This document shows, one piece after another, positions 38,259-51,889 of a stretch of 64,000 bases of DNA (the first letter of the stretch is position 1; every line of letters starts with the position of its first letter). The translations under genes were made by a program, and so were the position numbers. The stretch covers positions 1-64,000 of the forward strand of contig NW_026779593.1 of NCBI RefSeq assembly GCF_030144855.1, written 5' to 3'. The stretch is from Hypanus sabinus (Eukaryota). The notes beneath the pieces were generated by a model, which worked only from the letters and a program-made list of their open reading frames with translations, was not told the origin of the DNA and did no database searches.

Positions 38259-41200
38259 CGGTATACATCCATGGCATATTTATTTTCTCTCTCTCTCTTC
38301 GTTGTGTTGTTCACAGTCTTCCCAGAAAGCCTCTAAGTCAAAATGTTCTGCACAAAGTAGTCCGTCTCATATCGTGTCTGCAGTAGGAAGCAGCGCCCTG
38401 CAGGTTAGATAATCGGAATTAATATGAAGAGATTTCAATATTTCCACTACTTGCACGGTGAAGCCATGTTTCCCAGCTGGGAAGCCGAGACTTCTGTAGT
38501 CGTCGCTCTTCCAAATATCCGAGGACAAGGAGTGTCCAGGTGAGAAATGGACACCGAGATTATTGACCTCAGCCGGTGAAATTATCTGAGGAGGTTTTAT
38601 TCTAAATGTCAACGGCATACCGTAGGAAATAGTTCGAGCGAAGGTGGATAGGGTTCAGATCAGTAAGGGTGTCAAAGGTTACGAGTGATATGGCAGAGCA
38701 ATGGCGTTGAGGGAGGTGGGGAATCTTTTTTCAGGAATGGTTGATCAGACTCGGTGGACCGAATGGACCGTTTAAGTTCCTCCGTGTCCATGTCTAACAT
38801 TGAATTGAACTGCTGCAAACACTGCCGCCATAGGCGTGCTGAATAAAGTTGCCGAAATGCTACCCAGCGTAGTTTCTGAACCTACCTGGTGCTGAGCTCC
38901 CGAGTCTGCACCCGCCATTTTCGACATCCTGAATTCTATGTTCTCCAAAGAAAACTGATCACGTCACAGGCATGATGAAATGATGACTCATAAAGGAGGA
39001 CTTGGACATCATGAGAACACAGCTGCTCATCCGACACCTAGCGTTTGCATTCATCACTGCAATAACTCAAACTCTTAACACGATTCCGCTGCTATATTAC
39101 TACATCACCTCACGGTGACAAAGATTTCTCTTCTCCAAAGAATCACATCTTCTCCAAGAAGGATTCAGTACTTCAGTTGTGTCACTGCCGTGTTGCGCTT
39201 TTCGCCCTGATGGATTAATCACATGCAGACCAGTTTAATGGCAGATTATGAACCCCAAACACCTCTATGGACAAAGGCCGCTGAAATTCCATTGGAAACA
39301 GACAGCTACGCCACAGAGGTGCCCTGCTCTGGCGACAACATATTCGTTTTCAGTCATCTCTACTTTTGAGGATCAAATACTACTTTCTCCGGGATTTAAC
39401 CGTAATGCCTTTGTTTGGAGCAACACCAAAGAGGGAGGGGTGGGGGGGGGGGGGTTGTCCACCTCCCGGCCTGGTGGTAGAGGCGAAACATCAAGGATAT
39501 TCAAGAAACTCTTCGATAGGTACATGCCTGACAGAAAAAAAGGGCACAAATGTATTCCAATGCCTGTGTTCTAATCGCTGTGTCAGCCATTCCCAAGTCT
39601 TTGGAAATCGTTATTAATGGACGATCTCATCAAGTACCGGGAGTATCGTCTTTTGGGAATGACCGTGTGAATGACTAGATCAAGATCAGAAGGCACTTCA
39701 CCTCTACTTTCCTGTTCACTTTCGGGAATCCAGTACAATATCATATCATCAATCAAATAAGAACACCACGGCAGTATTGACCTTCCTCCTCTGGTAAATG
39801 ATCCGCAGATTACATTTGACCAATAGATTCATCAAGTGTCTCCCGCTGCCGAGTGATCCAGACACTCTGACCATCAAGTTAATTCAGTCTTTCTCTTGCC
39901 AAATGTCGTTGCAGACGCGTGCTGTTCGGAGAGGGACATTCGCTCCTGAGTTCACCTCCGCTCTTCATAATGATCATAGCTAATCTGTCCTTTCCCTCCG
40001 CACCTCAGCCCCGTTTCCCCTCGCGGTGATCACGACTGCTATGGCTGTGCGTCCTGGCCCGCAGTCCTGTTCCAACCCGAATATGACCACGGCGGATGAA
40101 TCCGTGGCGCCAACCCATCAGTTCTTCGACCTTCAGCTACACCAAACACCCGTAATATCAAGGGACCGGCCATTGCAAGAGAAACACATTGTCGAAACTT
40201 CATCTACTTGCTTTCAAGAGGTGAATGCCAAATACATTCACTCACACAGACAGAAGATGCTCGACGCTCGAAGTGACATTATGTTCCCATATCCTACCCG
40301 TAGATCCATTTTCTTCCAGGCATTTATTGCAGATACAACAAACAAAACACGATGGAATCGATAAAGAACTACACAAAACCAAAATCAGTTAGCGATTCAA
40401 CCGATAAAGATATGAAGAGAAACTGGGCAGTTTGCTCCATTTGACAATCGAGAATGCATACATAATAGAACCGGAAATTCCTTCTCTTCGCAGACATCCA
40501 AGGAACAGAGGAAAGACTTGTAGTCTGAATGACAGAAACGTTTAGAACCAGAAAGAATCCCTATCGCGCTCAGGCAGAAAGGCATCAACCACTCTTCAGT
40601 AAAATCTTCAGCCCCNNNNNNNNNNNNNNNNNNNNNNNNNNNNNNNNNNNNNNNNNNNNNNNNNNNNNNNNNNNNNNNNNNNNNNNNNNNNNNNNNNNNN
40701 NNNNNNNNNNNNNNNNNNNNNNNNNNNNNNNNNNNNNNNNNNNNNNNNNNNNNNNNNNNNNNNNNNNNNNNNNNNNNNNNNNNNNNNNNNNNNNNNNNNN
40801 NNNCTAAGGCGTTTGTGAGAGGGGGACAAGAGGAAGAGCAAGCAAATGAGGCCGGTGTAGTGAAAGCACCTACCAGTCGTTCAGAACATTGCAGATCTAT
40901 TGGTCAACCGCACAAAGTGTGTTCATCATTACTCCATTAACAAAGGATATTTCGCCGATGCTGGTAATACAGAACAACAAATGTATATATTAAATATGGA
41001 GGATCTCAGCAGGTCTGGGGCGTTTCCGGAGATGCTTAAACAATGGACGCTTAAGTTCTGGCCTTTATCTTGATATTTTGGGAAATGGCTCATTTCACAG
41101 ACCGGTACATATAACAGTTGTTCAACCATTTTTTTACTGCAAGAAGGTGAGTGAAACGATTAAATAGGCGATCTAAACAACCGATATCCTCAGTATTATA

Positions 41201-44011
41201 TTATATTTATTATGGCTAATGATTTATATTTTAGTACCTTATCTTCTCCTGCACATCGCTGTTGTTCTCTTCAAATGTGAGTACGGGCTATAAAATGGAC
41301 CTCCGTTTGTATTTTGGGAGATATACGCACTTTGATGAGGCATTAATATTGAACTTTGACTTTCTACCTTTTAGGATCTGAATAAGACAAGAGATAGATA
41401 GCGTGGAGGAAGGAGTGGAAGTGTCCTCTGTTTCATATAACGGGTTCAATTCTGTACCCGTCAACGATCCATTTTCATACTTCCTTGGTCCCTGCTGCTT
41501 TACATTGGTAACACAATAGAGTTTCAGCTATTTCCGCCTTCACCGTTACCTAAAGCATGTTAAATCGGGAGAAAGGCACGAGGCGGATGCATACACTCAT
41601 AACACTGCCGACTATTTTGGGGACTGTTTTCAGGGGCGTGTGACATTAACAAACTTTACGTTTAGTAAGAAATCACCTTATTTATGTAACACTTACCCTA
41701 GAGGCTGATATATGTGTAGGGGAAAAGGACATCCAGCCACTCACCAACCCCACCTCCCTTACACGCAGGTGCTGTGAGAATCAAGTTTATGCCGTGCGCA
41801 CACACACAGTATCAAACTCCCACCAAATCCGTTATGAAATACACCTTAAAGCTTTTACTAAAACTAAAAGTGTGCTCAGCAATACAGTATATAGGAAAGA
41901 AAAGAAAAAGCAAAAGGCGCGCAACTTATCGGACTTCAGTCAGTTTAATGCACATCGTTGGAGCACAACCATCGAACCATTCGACCCCTCGTCGCTCTCC
42001 TCCGACCTCCACGTCCTCGGAGCTGGGACCACCCCAGTGGTCGACCAAGCAGTGCAGCGCATGTCCACCTTCCTCGGTGTCTTCTCTCAGACTCCCCTGA
42101 AAAAACAGCGAACCCCCCAAGCTCCCAGCCTCACAAGACAAAATAACATTCCCCATTGGTTAACAAATGTATACAATCCCCATATCAGCAAGTCTAAAGC
42201 TAAACAACTGCGAGAGAAACACCTGTCAGACAAGGAAGCATTCCGACTCTTAACAAAACAAAGAAGCCATTCTGAGTAACATACACAGTACATTCTACAC
42301 TTAAAATTTATAGAAAGTGCTAATCTGAGTCCAAAGCATCCATTAATTTTTCATGTTTGACATTGTTCATGGCGGAGTATGTTCTATTTTCACTCTCACA
42401 AAACTCATGATTTAATGAATGATAACCTTGTCTACAAAACTTGTAAGTTGCTGATTATAATTTAAGAGGAGTTGACTTTCCGAATCATTTAACGACCTCA
42501 ATCAGTCGTCAGATGTTTAAAAGATGTGACATAGATATAGCCTACGAAATTTATCGATGAGTTATATGATAACCTTTTCTTCACTTCTCTGACTGCGGAC
42601 TGAGATATAAACCCCAGCGAGGACTGAGTGAAATATTGATCTGTGGAGATGAGGATAATGCGGACATTAATCAACTTGCTCACTGTTCCCGCCGTAAATG
42701 TTCCACGTCGCAGCACTTTGGAACTTTGTTCCCCAAATCCATCTCATAATTGAGTTACGGGACGCGAACACGCCTACCAATATTCTGCGGCACAAATAAC
42801 GAGTCGCCTGGCGGAGGAGGAATTGGAAATCCAGCACATGAAACAGTGACGAATATCTGATGGTCCAAAGTACCATCATTGCGATCGGCCGGACAACACT
42901 TCAAGGTGCCACAGAAAAGGATGGGAAATTGGGAGTTGTACCAAGATAGGAGTGCTTCTTGTTCTGTGAAATCACGGGGCAGAATTGTGCCATTTTTGCC
43001 CTTTTGAAACAAAATTCAGACACCGACATCCTGACAATAGCTTCAATCTGATAGGATCATCCACAATCCTATACCGCCAATGGTTAGTATAAATTCATGA
43101 CTGGATTTGCAACACATCATATGTATTGTCCTGCACAGACCCACACAGTTACAACTTATAGTTACAACAGTGCAAACGACAGCATAATTTTAAAAAAAAA
43201 GACTATGATCACAGTAAAAATGGTCCAAGATGTTAAAGGACTGTAAGTCCGAAAGAAATCACCACAGTTTCCACAAGTCCCCAGGGTCCTGACAGAATCG
43301 CCATCCCACGCCGGCGGCAGAAGTGAGTACCCCCGCTATGCCCGCTATGGACCTCCACGCTTTGAACCATTCTTCCAAGTTCTCTTAGACCTTTTGCAAT
43401 CCCATTCCTACCTCAGCACTATCTACCTCTGCACCTAACTTCCAGTCATCTGCAAACTTTGCCAGAATGCCATCAATTCCACTATCTAAATCATTAAGAA
43501 ACAATATGAAAAGAAATGGTCCAAATACTGACCCCTGAGGAACGCCTCTGGATATATTGTCATGATCGGAAAATAGGCTTGTGACTTGCTCTACTTCAAT
43601 GGAACCTGATTATCTTCGGAAGCGTGGGTGGGGGGACGCCATGATTAGTATAACGGCTTTCTTTCTGCACAAAAGAAATCGTGGTTTTTGCACTGGGGAT
43701 CCAGGTCCCGTAAGACAGAGGAAGCCGTATTATTTGTGAGGTTATGATAATTAACACCATATGGTACGCAGCTGCGTTCGTCATCGACAAACAGAATCTG
43801 CTATATAAGATCCAACATGCAGTCTCTTTGCTTGACTTGTGAATGAACCATTAAGGCGCACAGAAACCGTAGACGTTGTGAACCTTACTGCTTCATTTCT
43901 CGTGTTTATTCTTATGGATTAGAAATTTTGGAAAAAATTACAGAATAATAAGCCGGATATTACTTGCGTCTCTGGATAAATATTATTCCAAGCGGAGAAC
44001 ACAAATACTGC

Positions 44012-46562
44012 ATGGATACAGCAAGGAAAATATGCTACCCGGTTATTGCAGCCATCGGCGTCCCTGGTAAGGCTTCCAAGTTCTAACTGGTGATCAGATC
44101 GTGATATTTTATTTCAACATCTCGCTCGTCATTTTATCTTCCATTTAATCCAGTGATATATGTATTAATCGATTGATAATTTTATTTCCTCATACCCACT
44201 GTAAAGTCTCCCGTAAACATTGGGATTTTGCAATATGTCAAATGAATCGTCTTTAGCCTTCTCCGAACGTCGAATAATTCTGTGTGCAGGTCTCATTGAA
44301 GTCTATTTCTCGCGGCATGTTTCATCCGTAAATCATCACGATCTGCTGGACAATTATCATGGACACTCGGGTTTGTTGCGAACGAAAACCTGAGAGATTC
44401 TCCAAACGCTGGAAAGCGAAAAGGACAATCGCAGAAAAATGATTGATGAATTCACCAAGTCAGGTGCCAATTATGGCAGGTCTTCCAAAACCGTTTAATT
44501 TAAGGTCACGGACCCTTCCATTAACCGAGAAGTCCATTTACCCCTGATTGGGAAATTTCCCTTACAGATGGAAATAGACGACGTTTAAGGCAGAGATATT
44601 TCATGGGCACAAGAAACGATGTGTGGAGGGCACGTAATAATAGGATGGGAGAAGAGGCTCAATAATGAAGTCTCTGGCCGGACACGTCAACCCTTTTATC
44701 TGTTTTCATAGATATAACCTGAACGATTTTTTTAATGTTTCTCTGATGTCCGGTGTTGTGTGGGTGCAGTGGCGGCATCTCACTCTAACTAGTTTCCGTC
44801 TCTCCACGATGTTTCAATGCTTTCATATTTCACGGAGTAACCTTTTCTCTGATTGCTCACAGGCATTGTTGGAACTGCTTCGTTCATAATCTCTCTGACA
44901 ATTAGGTATCTTTACGTTTACATCGGGGATCGCGCCCCGAATGTTTGACATTCACCTCAACTATCAAAGGAGGGATCCATGGACCGCAGATCGGGAACGC
45001 CAAGTTCACTCGTTGAGCAACATTCATTGCTATATCGTATCAAAAGCGAATTTTGTCTCGTGGAATGCATTAGCGAAATTCAAATACGTGGCTGATAAAA
45101 GCCTTCTATTTATATTTCCATTCCTGGCATGTGCTTAACCAAACTGAAGGAACAGTTCAGAGTCAACTCAGCTTGTGCTTGCGTATCCTGCATGGCACAG
45201 ACGGATAAAGTTGATGGATTTCCTCGTCCAACACCGTAGACAGATTAGTCCTCTCCGGAGGTGCTGCCTGTCCTGCTGAGTTCCTCCCGCGTTGTTTCTG
45301 TATTACCCTGAAAGGTGAAATTTGATGTTCGGACCTGGAAAAGGATGGAATACATCAGCAAAAGCCCACAGTCGGTTTCATTCCTCTGACAGGATGTCCA
45401 GACGTGGGACAGATCTCCACATTACGCGAACATCTGAGACGAAAATATTAATCAAGTTCATGTCTGCCGTGATATTGCAAACAGTGACATTTCCCCTGTG
45501 GGTGTCGCATAGCGATGGCGATTTCGATTATAAATGTTATGACAAGATGTCTAGCAGTGCTGGAATTATATTTTAAAATGCAGTTTGGTTGCATGTTATG
45601 CATGTCAGAACTCCTCCTCTTTTTTTAATTTATTTCTGACAGTTAACCTAGTGGCGATCGTGGTACTCAGCCGAGGAAAGTGTGGTCTCTCCAAAGGCAT
45701 CACTCGGTATCTGGTGGCGATGGCCGTGGCCGATCTTGCGGTGGTGATTATCGAAGTCGGGTACTTTCAGATCGTCGAGGCGTACCGAGCGTACTGGCTG
45801 TTGCTTCCGTCTCCGTTCTGTTTAGTCCACTTCGCCTTCTGTTACGTGTCTTTAGATTGTTCCGTGTGGCTGACTGTGGCGTTCACTTTCGATCGCTTTG
45901 TGGCCATTTGCTGGTTTAAGATTCAGGCAAAGTACTGTAACCCAAGAATTGCCGGATTGGTTATTGGCACAACGTGCGTCTTGTTATGCTTAAAGAACGT
46001 CCCTTATTACTTCCTGCATCGGGAGGCTGGAATTAGACTTTTTGACGGGAAATGGTGGACGTGCCCGTCCAAGGGACTTCTTCACATGGAGCCTGGGTTC
46101 GAGTTGTTTTACTGGATGGACCGTCTGTTAAATCCGCTACTTCCTTTCTTTCTCATTTTGTTACTGAACATCCTGACCGTCAGACGGATCCTGGCCTCCA
46201 GCCGAGTCCGCAGGGGACTCCGGGGACAGAGAACCGGCGAAAAGCAGCAGGATCCGGAGATGAAGAGCCGGAGACAGTCCATCGTTCTGCTCTTCACCCT
46301 GTCGGCGAGTTTCCTCCTGTGCTGGTCGACAACCACGCTTGTCTTCATTTTGCTGCGGTGCCTCTACACGGACCTGGAAACGTCCATTCGGCTTTTCATG
46401 GCGCAACGGGCGGGAGCTGTGATTCAGCTTTTTAGCTGCTGCACAAACACCTTCATATACGGCGTGACCCAATCCAAATTCAGAGAGCAGCTGACGATTG
46501 CCGCGCTCTATCCCGTTCGTATCCTTGTTTGGTTGGGAAGGCAGAGTTTAACTCGCAGTTAA
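44012..46562 (+). CDS. GPR139-like class A GPCR, gene B2 (2 exons: 44012-44066, 45643-46562; 324 aa)
   Basis: Copy of B1 with intact splice sites and frame. TM3 carries the A-type HFAFCYVSL instead of HYVLCYVAL. Confidence 0.92.
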
Positions 46563-49500
46563 CCGTGATGATTTCACGGTGGTCGCAGAAAGGTTGTGCC
46601 TGCGTCTGGCCGCATCTTTTTAATTGTCGTTTAATAAAAATTTTATTGTGTTGTCTGTTTGTGCAGAACTGCTCTGCCCTTCCTACCTGAAATATCTCTT
46701 TCCGGGATAAATCAAATTACTTGGCTATGTTCTTCACGGTACAAAGTGCACTCTCTGGCCGCTAATTATGTTCACTTATGTAACTGCTCGTTTCCGTGAG
46801 CATCTATGTAGTCAATCATTTGTCAGTCTCTGAATATGTTAAAACATGCAGACATGGTGAAGGGGGTCGGTTCTTGCTCAGATCGAATCAACCGTCAGAA
46901 TGGAGAAGAAAGGTGATCTTTGGACCTTCACTGATGAAAGTCTAATGGTCATAGGGAATGACTGTTGGTGCCAGAGTGGGTGGTTTGAGTATCTCAGCAG
47001 CGCCTGACGTCCGGCGATTTTCACGCACAGTACTCTGATTTAGAGATTACAGCGAATGGCGAGAGAAACAGAAATGAAACATCAGGTGTCCGGCTGTTCT
47101 GAAAGCGTAAATGCCGCATTGGTGGGATTGATCAATGGTCAGAAGGTCTGAAGATGACAGAACTGCGATAGTAACTCACATACCCATGTGTTATAACAAT
47201 TGTGTACACAGTCACAATCCTGTCCGCAGAGTATACCGAAAATTGACGTGGGTGGTTACTGGATATCATTTGTGTACCTAAGTTCTGACACAGACAAGTT
47301 GTTCGACGAAAACAGCAGGACAGATATCTCCATCGTCAGCAATAAAAAGCGGACGTTTCGGGCCGAGGCTTCACTGCTTGCCCCCCTATTTCAGGACCCG
47401 GTGAACCGCGGGGAGGGGTAAGGAGAAAAACAGTCTGCTTACGTGGCAAGTGAAATAGACCTAAAGATCCGGGATATTTAACAGTGCCCAGGAAAATATT
47501 AGGGGAGTACCGGAGACAACCGTCCGCAAGATGGGCCCAGATACTTGACACAAACAGTATTCCTAGAGGTTCACTGATCCCGTTCGGTTAGCCGGAGAGA
47601 CACAAAATAATCTCAGAAGTACACATCTCCTTTTTTACTACAGCCGAATCATATAAATAGATAAATACTTTGATAGTGCAGAGGGTCACTTCTTCGTCGC
47701 CAAGTAGCTGGACTTTGAAAACAAGGTGTGATTTATGTCTTCTATAATTTCGGATCTCCTTCGCCCCGCCCCCAGCCACACACTTTCAAATCACTTGCTA
47801 TCTCTTTTTTCAGTTTGTCCTGACGAAGTGTCCAGGCCCGAAACGTCGACATTGCTTGTTCCTATAGATGCTGCCCTGGTTGCTGCGTTCCACCATTTTG
47901 TGTGTGTTGATTGAATTTCCAGCATCTGTAGATTTCCTCGTGTCAGTGATTTCTCAATCGCACTTTTATGGTTTAGCACAAGCAAACAGCGCAGTCCCTT
48001 TTTGGATGTCTGAAATATGTTCGGAAGTCTGGACGGAGAATTGGCAATTAGGTACAGAATTGTCCAGCATTGCGGACATAATTCAATTGGTACCCTGGGT
48101 GTTCAAATTCTTTACTTGCAAGATGGGTCGTATATCACTATGCATGTGTTAACACTCCATGGAAATTATAAGCTAAAATGTCGACGACGTTTGAGGTTAT
48201 TCAAGCAATTATCCTTATTTGCGTGCTGTTTCCTTAAATACTTGCAGCAGTAAGCCAAATGACTCCAGTTCCCTGCTGAACAAAGGGAAGGCTTACTCTA
48301 CAATTTTTTTTTTCCGTTAAAGACATTTTCTTACCTGAGGTGCATAAACTAGGCATACCTCCACATCCACAACTTTTCAAGGTACAAATACTGTGCCAGG
48401 TCGCTCTGTATCTTTCCATTGGTGGTACATTGGTTCCTGATTCAAATGGTTACGGGGAGAAGACAGGATCAATCGAGTTGAGAGGGATATCAAGTTGAGT
48501 AGCGGATCAAGCGCGACGAGCCGATTTGCACAATTACACTCCAACATGGCACCGGCGAACATGGAGGACACGTTGGAATAGCGCTGTTCGGTTTTAATCG
48601 CTGGTTTGAGGGTGGCTGGTCTGTGGTTGTTTCTGACTTTGGAGCTTCACCGCAATTGACGAAGATGTTAGGAATGTATCGTGTTGTTTCAAATGCAAAC
48701 GCAGACCATAATCCCAGATTGAAGAACATGACAACAGATCTAACGAAAATGTAAGTGCAGTTCTAAGGACTGTCGATATGTGATGGAAATTTCAAATTTA
48801 TTTTCAAAGTTCAAGAAAAACATTGTTAAAGTGCCGACATATTCCCACATACCATCTTGAAATTAACGTTCCTGCGATATTTACACTAGAAATATAATAC
48901 CACACACTCTCCGACTCTGCGTTCTGGGGTGACTGAGTTCTATTGTCATCGCGGCACACACAAAATGCTGGTGGAACACAGCAGGCCAGGCAGCATCTGT
49001 AGGAAGAAGCACTGTCGACGTTTCGGGCAGAGACCATTCTATAACTTCCGTTAATGCCACTCCTCCCCTATTTACCCCATCCCTGATTTATTTAGTATTT
49101 TCCCCCTCCACTTTTTTTTTCTCTCTCTGTCTCTGCCCATCAGCCTACCTGTTCTCCATCTCCCTCTGGTGCTACCCTTCCCCTTTCTTTCTCCCTCGAC
49201 CTCCCGTCCCATGATCCTTTCCCTTCTCCAGCTCTCTGTCAATCACCTTTCCGGATCTCAGCTTCACCCCACACCCACCGGTCTTCTATCATTTCACATT
49301 TCCCCCTCCCCCTCCTACTTTCAAATTTCTTACTATCTTTCCTTTCAGTTAGTCCTGACGAAGGGTCTCGGCCCGAAACGTTGACAGTGCTTCTCCCTAT
49401 AGATGCCTTCTGACCTCCTGTGTTCCACGAGCATTGTGGGTGTGTTGTTTGAATTTACAGTAGCTGCAGATTTCGTCGTATTTGCTTCCTATTGTCATTG

Positions 49501-49789
49501 CATTACTTTTCTGTTAAGTTACCGGCTTTCTTATAAATACTGTGCTGCAAAAAAAATGTAACTAGAGCTGATTGGTCCTAATTAAGGATCTCGGTCCGAA
49601 ATGCCGTCTGCTTCTTCCTATCCTAAGGTACTTCTGAGTTCCTCCAGCATTTGGTATGTGTATCTCCTTCTTATTTTTATTTCTGTCCAAACTCTGAAGT
49701 CTGAAGTGATTCAAAGCACTGTTACGAGTTGGTCTTTGGGAGCTCACTTCGAAAATAAATTATGCGCTTACACATTTATAAAAATAACA

Positions 49790-51889
49790 GCAAGGGTGGG
49801 TGATGTAGCAGGATCCTCTTTTGAGTCAGAATGATTGGAAGTCAGGAACAGAATGGGAGCAGTTACTCTACGGAGGTATTCTATAGGAGCCCTGGTAGCA
49901 GCAGAGATACCGAGGAGCAGATTAGGAGGCAGATTTTGGAAAAGTGCAAAAATAACAGGGTTGTTCACATGGGTGACTTTAACTTCCCTAATATTGGTTG
50001 GAACTTGATTAGTTCCAAGGATTTAGATGAGGCAGAGTTAGTCAAGTGTGTGCAGGAAGGATTCCTGTCACAGTATGCTGACAAGCCGACCAAGGGGAAT
50101 GCCATACTAGATCTAGTATTAGGTAACAAACCGGGTCAGGTCACAGATCTGTCAGTGGGTGACCACCTGGGGGTCAGTGATCACCGCTCCCTGACCTTTA
50201 GGATTATCATGGAAAAGAATAGAATCAGAGAAGACAGGATTTTTAGTTTTAATTGGGAAGGGCAAATTATGAGGCTATAAGGCTAGAACTTGCGGGTGTG
50301 AATTGGGATGATATTTCTGCCGGGAAATGTACTATGGACAAGTGGTCGATGTTTAGGGATATCTTGCAGGATGTTCGGAATGAATTTGTCCCGGTGAGGA
50401 AGATAAAGAATGGTAGGGTGACAAGTGAAGTGGAAAATCCAGTCAGGTGGAAGAAGGCAGCATACATGAAGTTTCGGAAGCAAGGATCAGATGGGTCTAC
50501 TGAGGAATATAGGTTAGCAAGAAAGGAGTTGAAGAAGGGACTGAGAAGAGCAAAAAAGGGACATGAGAAGGCCTTGGCGAATAGGGTAAAGGAAAACCCC
50601 AGGGCATTCTTCAATTATGTGAAGAGCAAAAGGAGGACAGGAATGACGGTAGGACCGATTAGAGATAAAAGTGGGAAGATGTGCATGGACGCTGTGGAAG
50701 TGTGCGAGGTCCTCAATGAATACTTCTCTTCGGTATTCACCACTGAGGGGGATCTTGATGACGGTGAGGACAGTATGAGTGAGGTTGATGTTCTGGAGAA
50801 TGTTGATATTAAGGGAGAGGAGGTGTTGGAGTTGTTAAAATAAATTGGGACGGATAAGTCCCCGGTGCCTGACGGAATATTCCCCAGGCTGCTCCAAGAG
50901 GCAAGGGAAGAGATTGCTGCACCTCTTGTTAGTATCTTCAGTCCTCTTTGTCCAGGGGAATGGTACCGGAGGATTGGAGGGAGGCGAATGTTATCCCCTT
51001 GCTCATAAAAGGCAGTAGTGATAGTCCAGGTAATTATAGACCAATGAGCCTTACTTCTGTGGTGGGAAAGCTGTTGGAATATATTCTTAGAGATAGGATC
51101 TATCGGGATTTCGAGAATCATGGTCTGATCAGGGACAGTCAGCATGGCTTTGTGAAGGGCAGATAGTGCCTAACAAGCCTGATAGATTTCTTTGAGGAGG
51201 TGACAGGCATATAGATGAGTGTAATGCAGTGGATGTAATCTACATGGATTTTAGTAAGGCATTTGACAAGGTTCCACAAGGTAGGCTTATTCAGAAAGTC
51301 AGAAGGCATGGGATCCAGGGAGGTTTGGCAAAGTGGATTCAGAATTGGCTTGCCTGCAGAAGGCAGAGTGGCATGGTGGTGGAGTACTTTCAGATCCGAG
51401 GGTTGTGACTAGTGGTATCCCACAAGGATCTGTTCTGGGAACTCTACGTTTTGTGATTTTTATTGTCGACCAGTATGTGTCTGAGTTGGCAAGTTTACAG
51501 ACGACACAAAGTTTGGTGGTGTTGTTATAGTGTAGAAGATTGTCGAGGATTGCAGAGAGACATCGATAGGATGCAGAAATGGGCTGAGAAGTGGCAGATG
51601 GAGTTCAACCCGGAGAAGTATGAGGTGGTACACTTTGGAAGGACAAACTCCAAGACAGAGTACAAATTAAATGGCAGGATTCCTGGTAGTGTGGAGGAGC
51701 AGTGGGTTTTGATGGTACATGTCCACTGAAAGTTGCCTCACAGGTAGATAGGAGAGTTAAGAAAGCTTATGGGGTGTTAGTTTTCATAAGTCGAGGGATA
51801 ACGTTTAAGAGACGCGATGTAATGATGCAGCTCCATAAAACTATAGTTTGGCCACACTTGGAGTACTGTCTCCAGTTCTGGTCGCCTCA
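49790..51889 (+). mobile_element. CR1-type LINE ORF2 remnant, duplicate copy
   Basis: Copy of 24080-26179 at offset 25710. Confidence 0.95.

Larger units (their letters stand above)
26180..51889 (+). repeat. Segmental tandem duplication, unit 2 (25,710 bp)
   Basis: Colinear, near-identical copy of unit 1. Confidence 0.97.
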
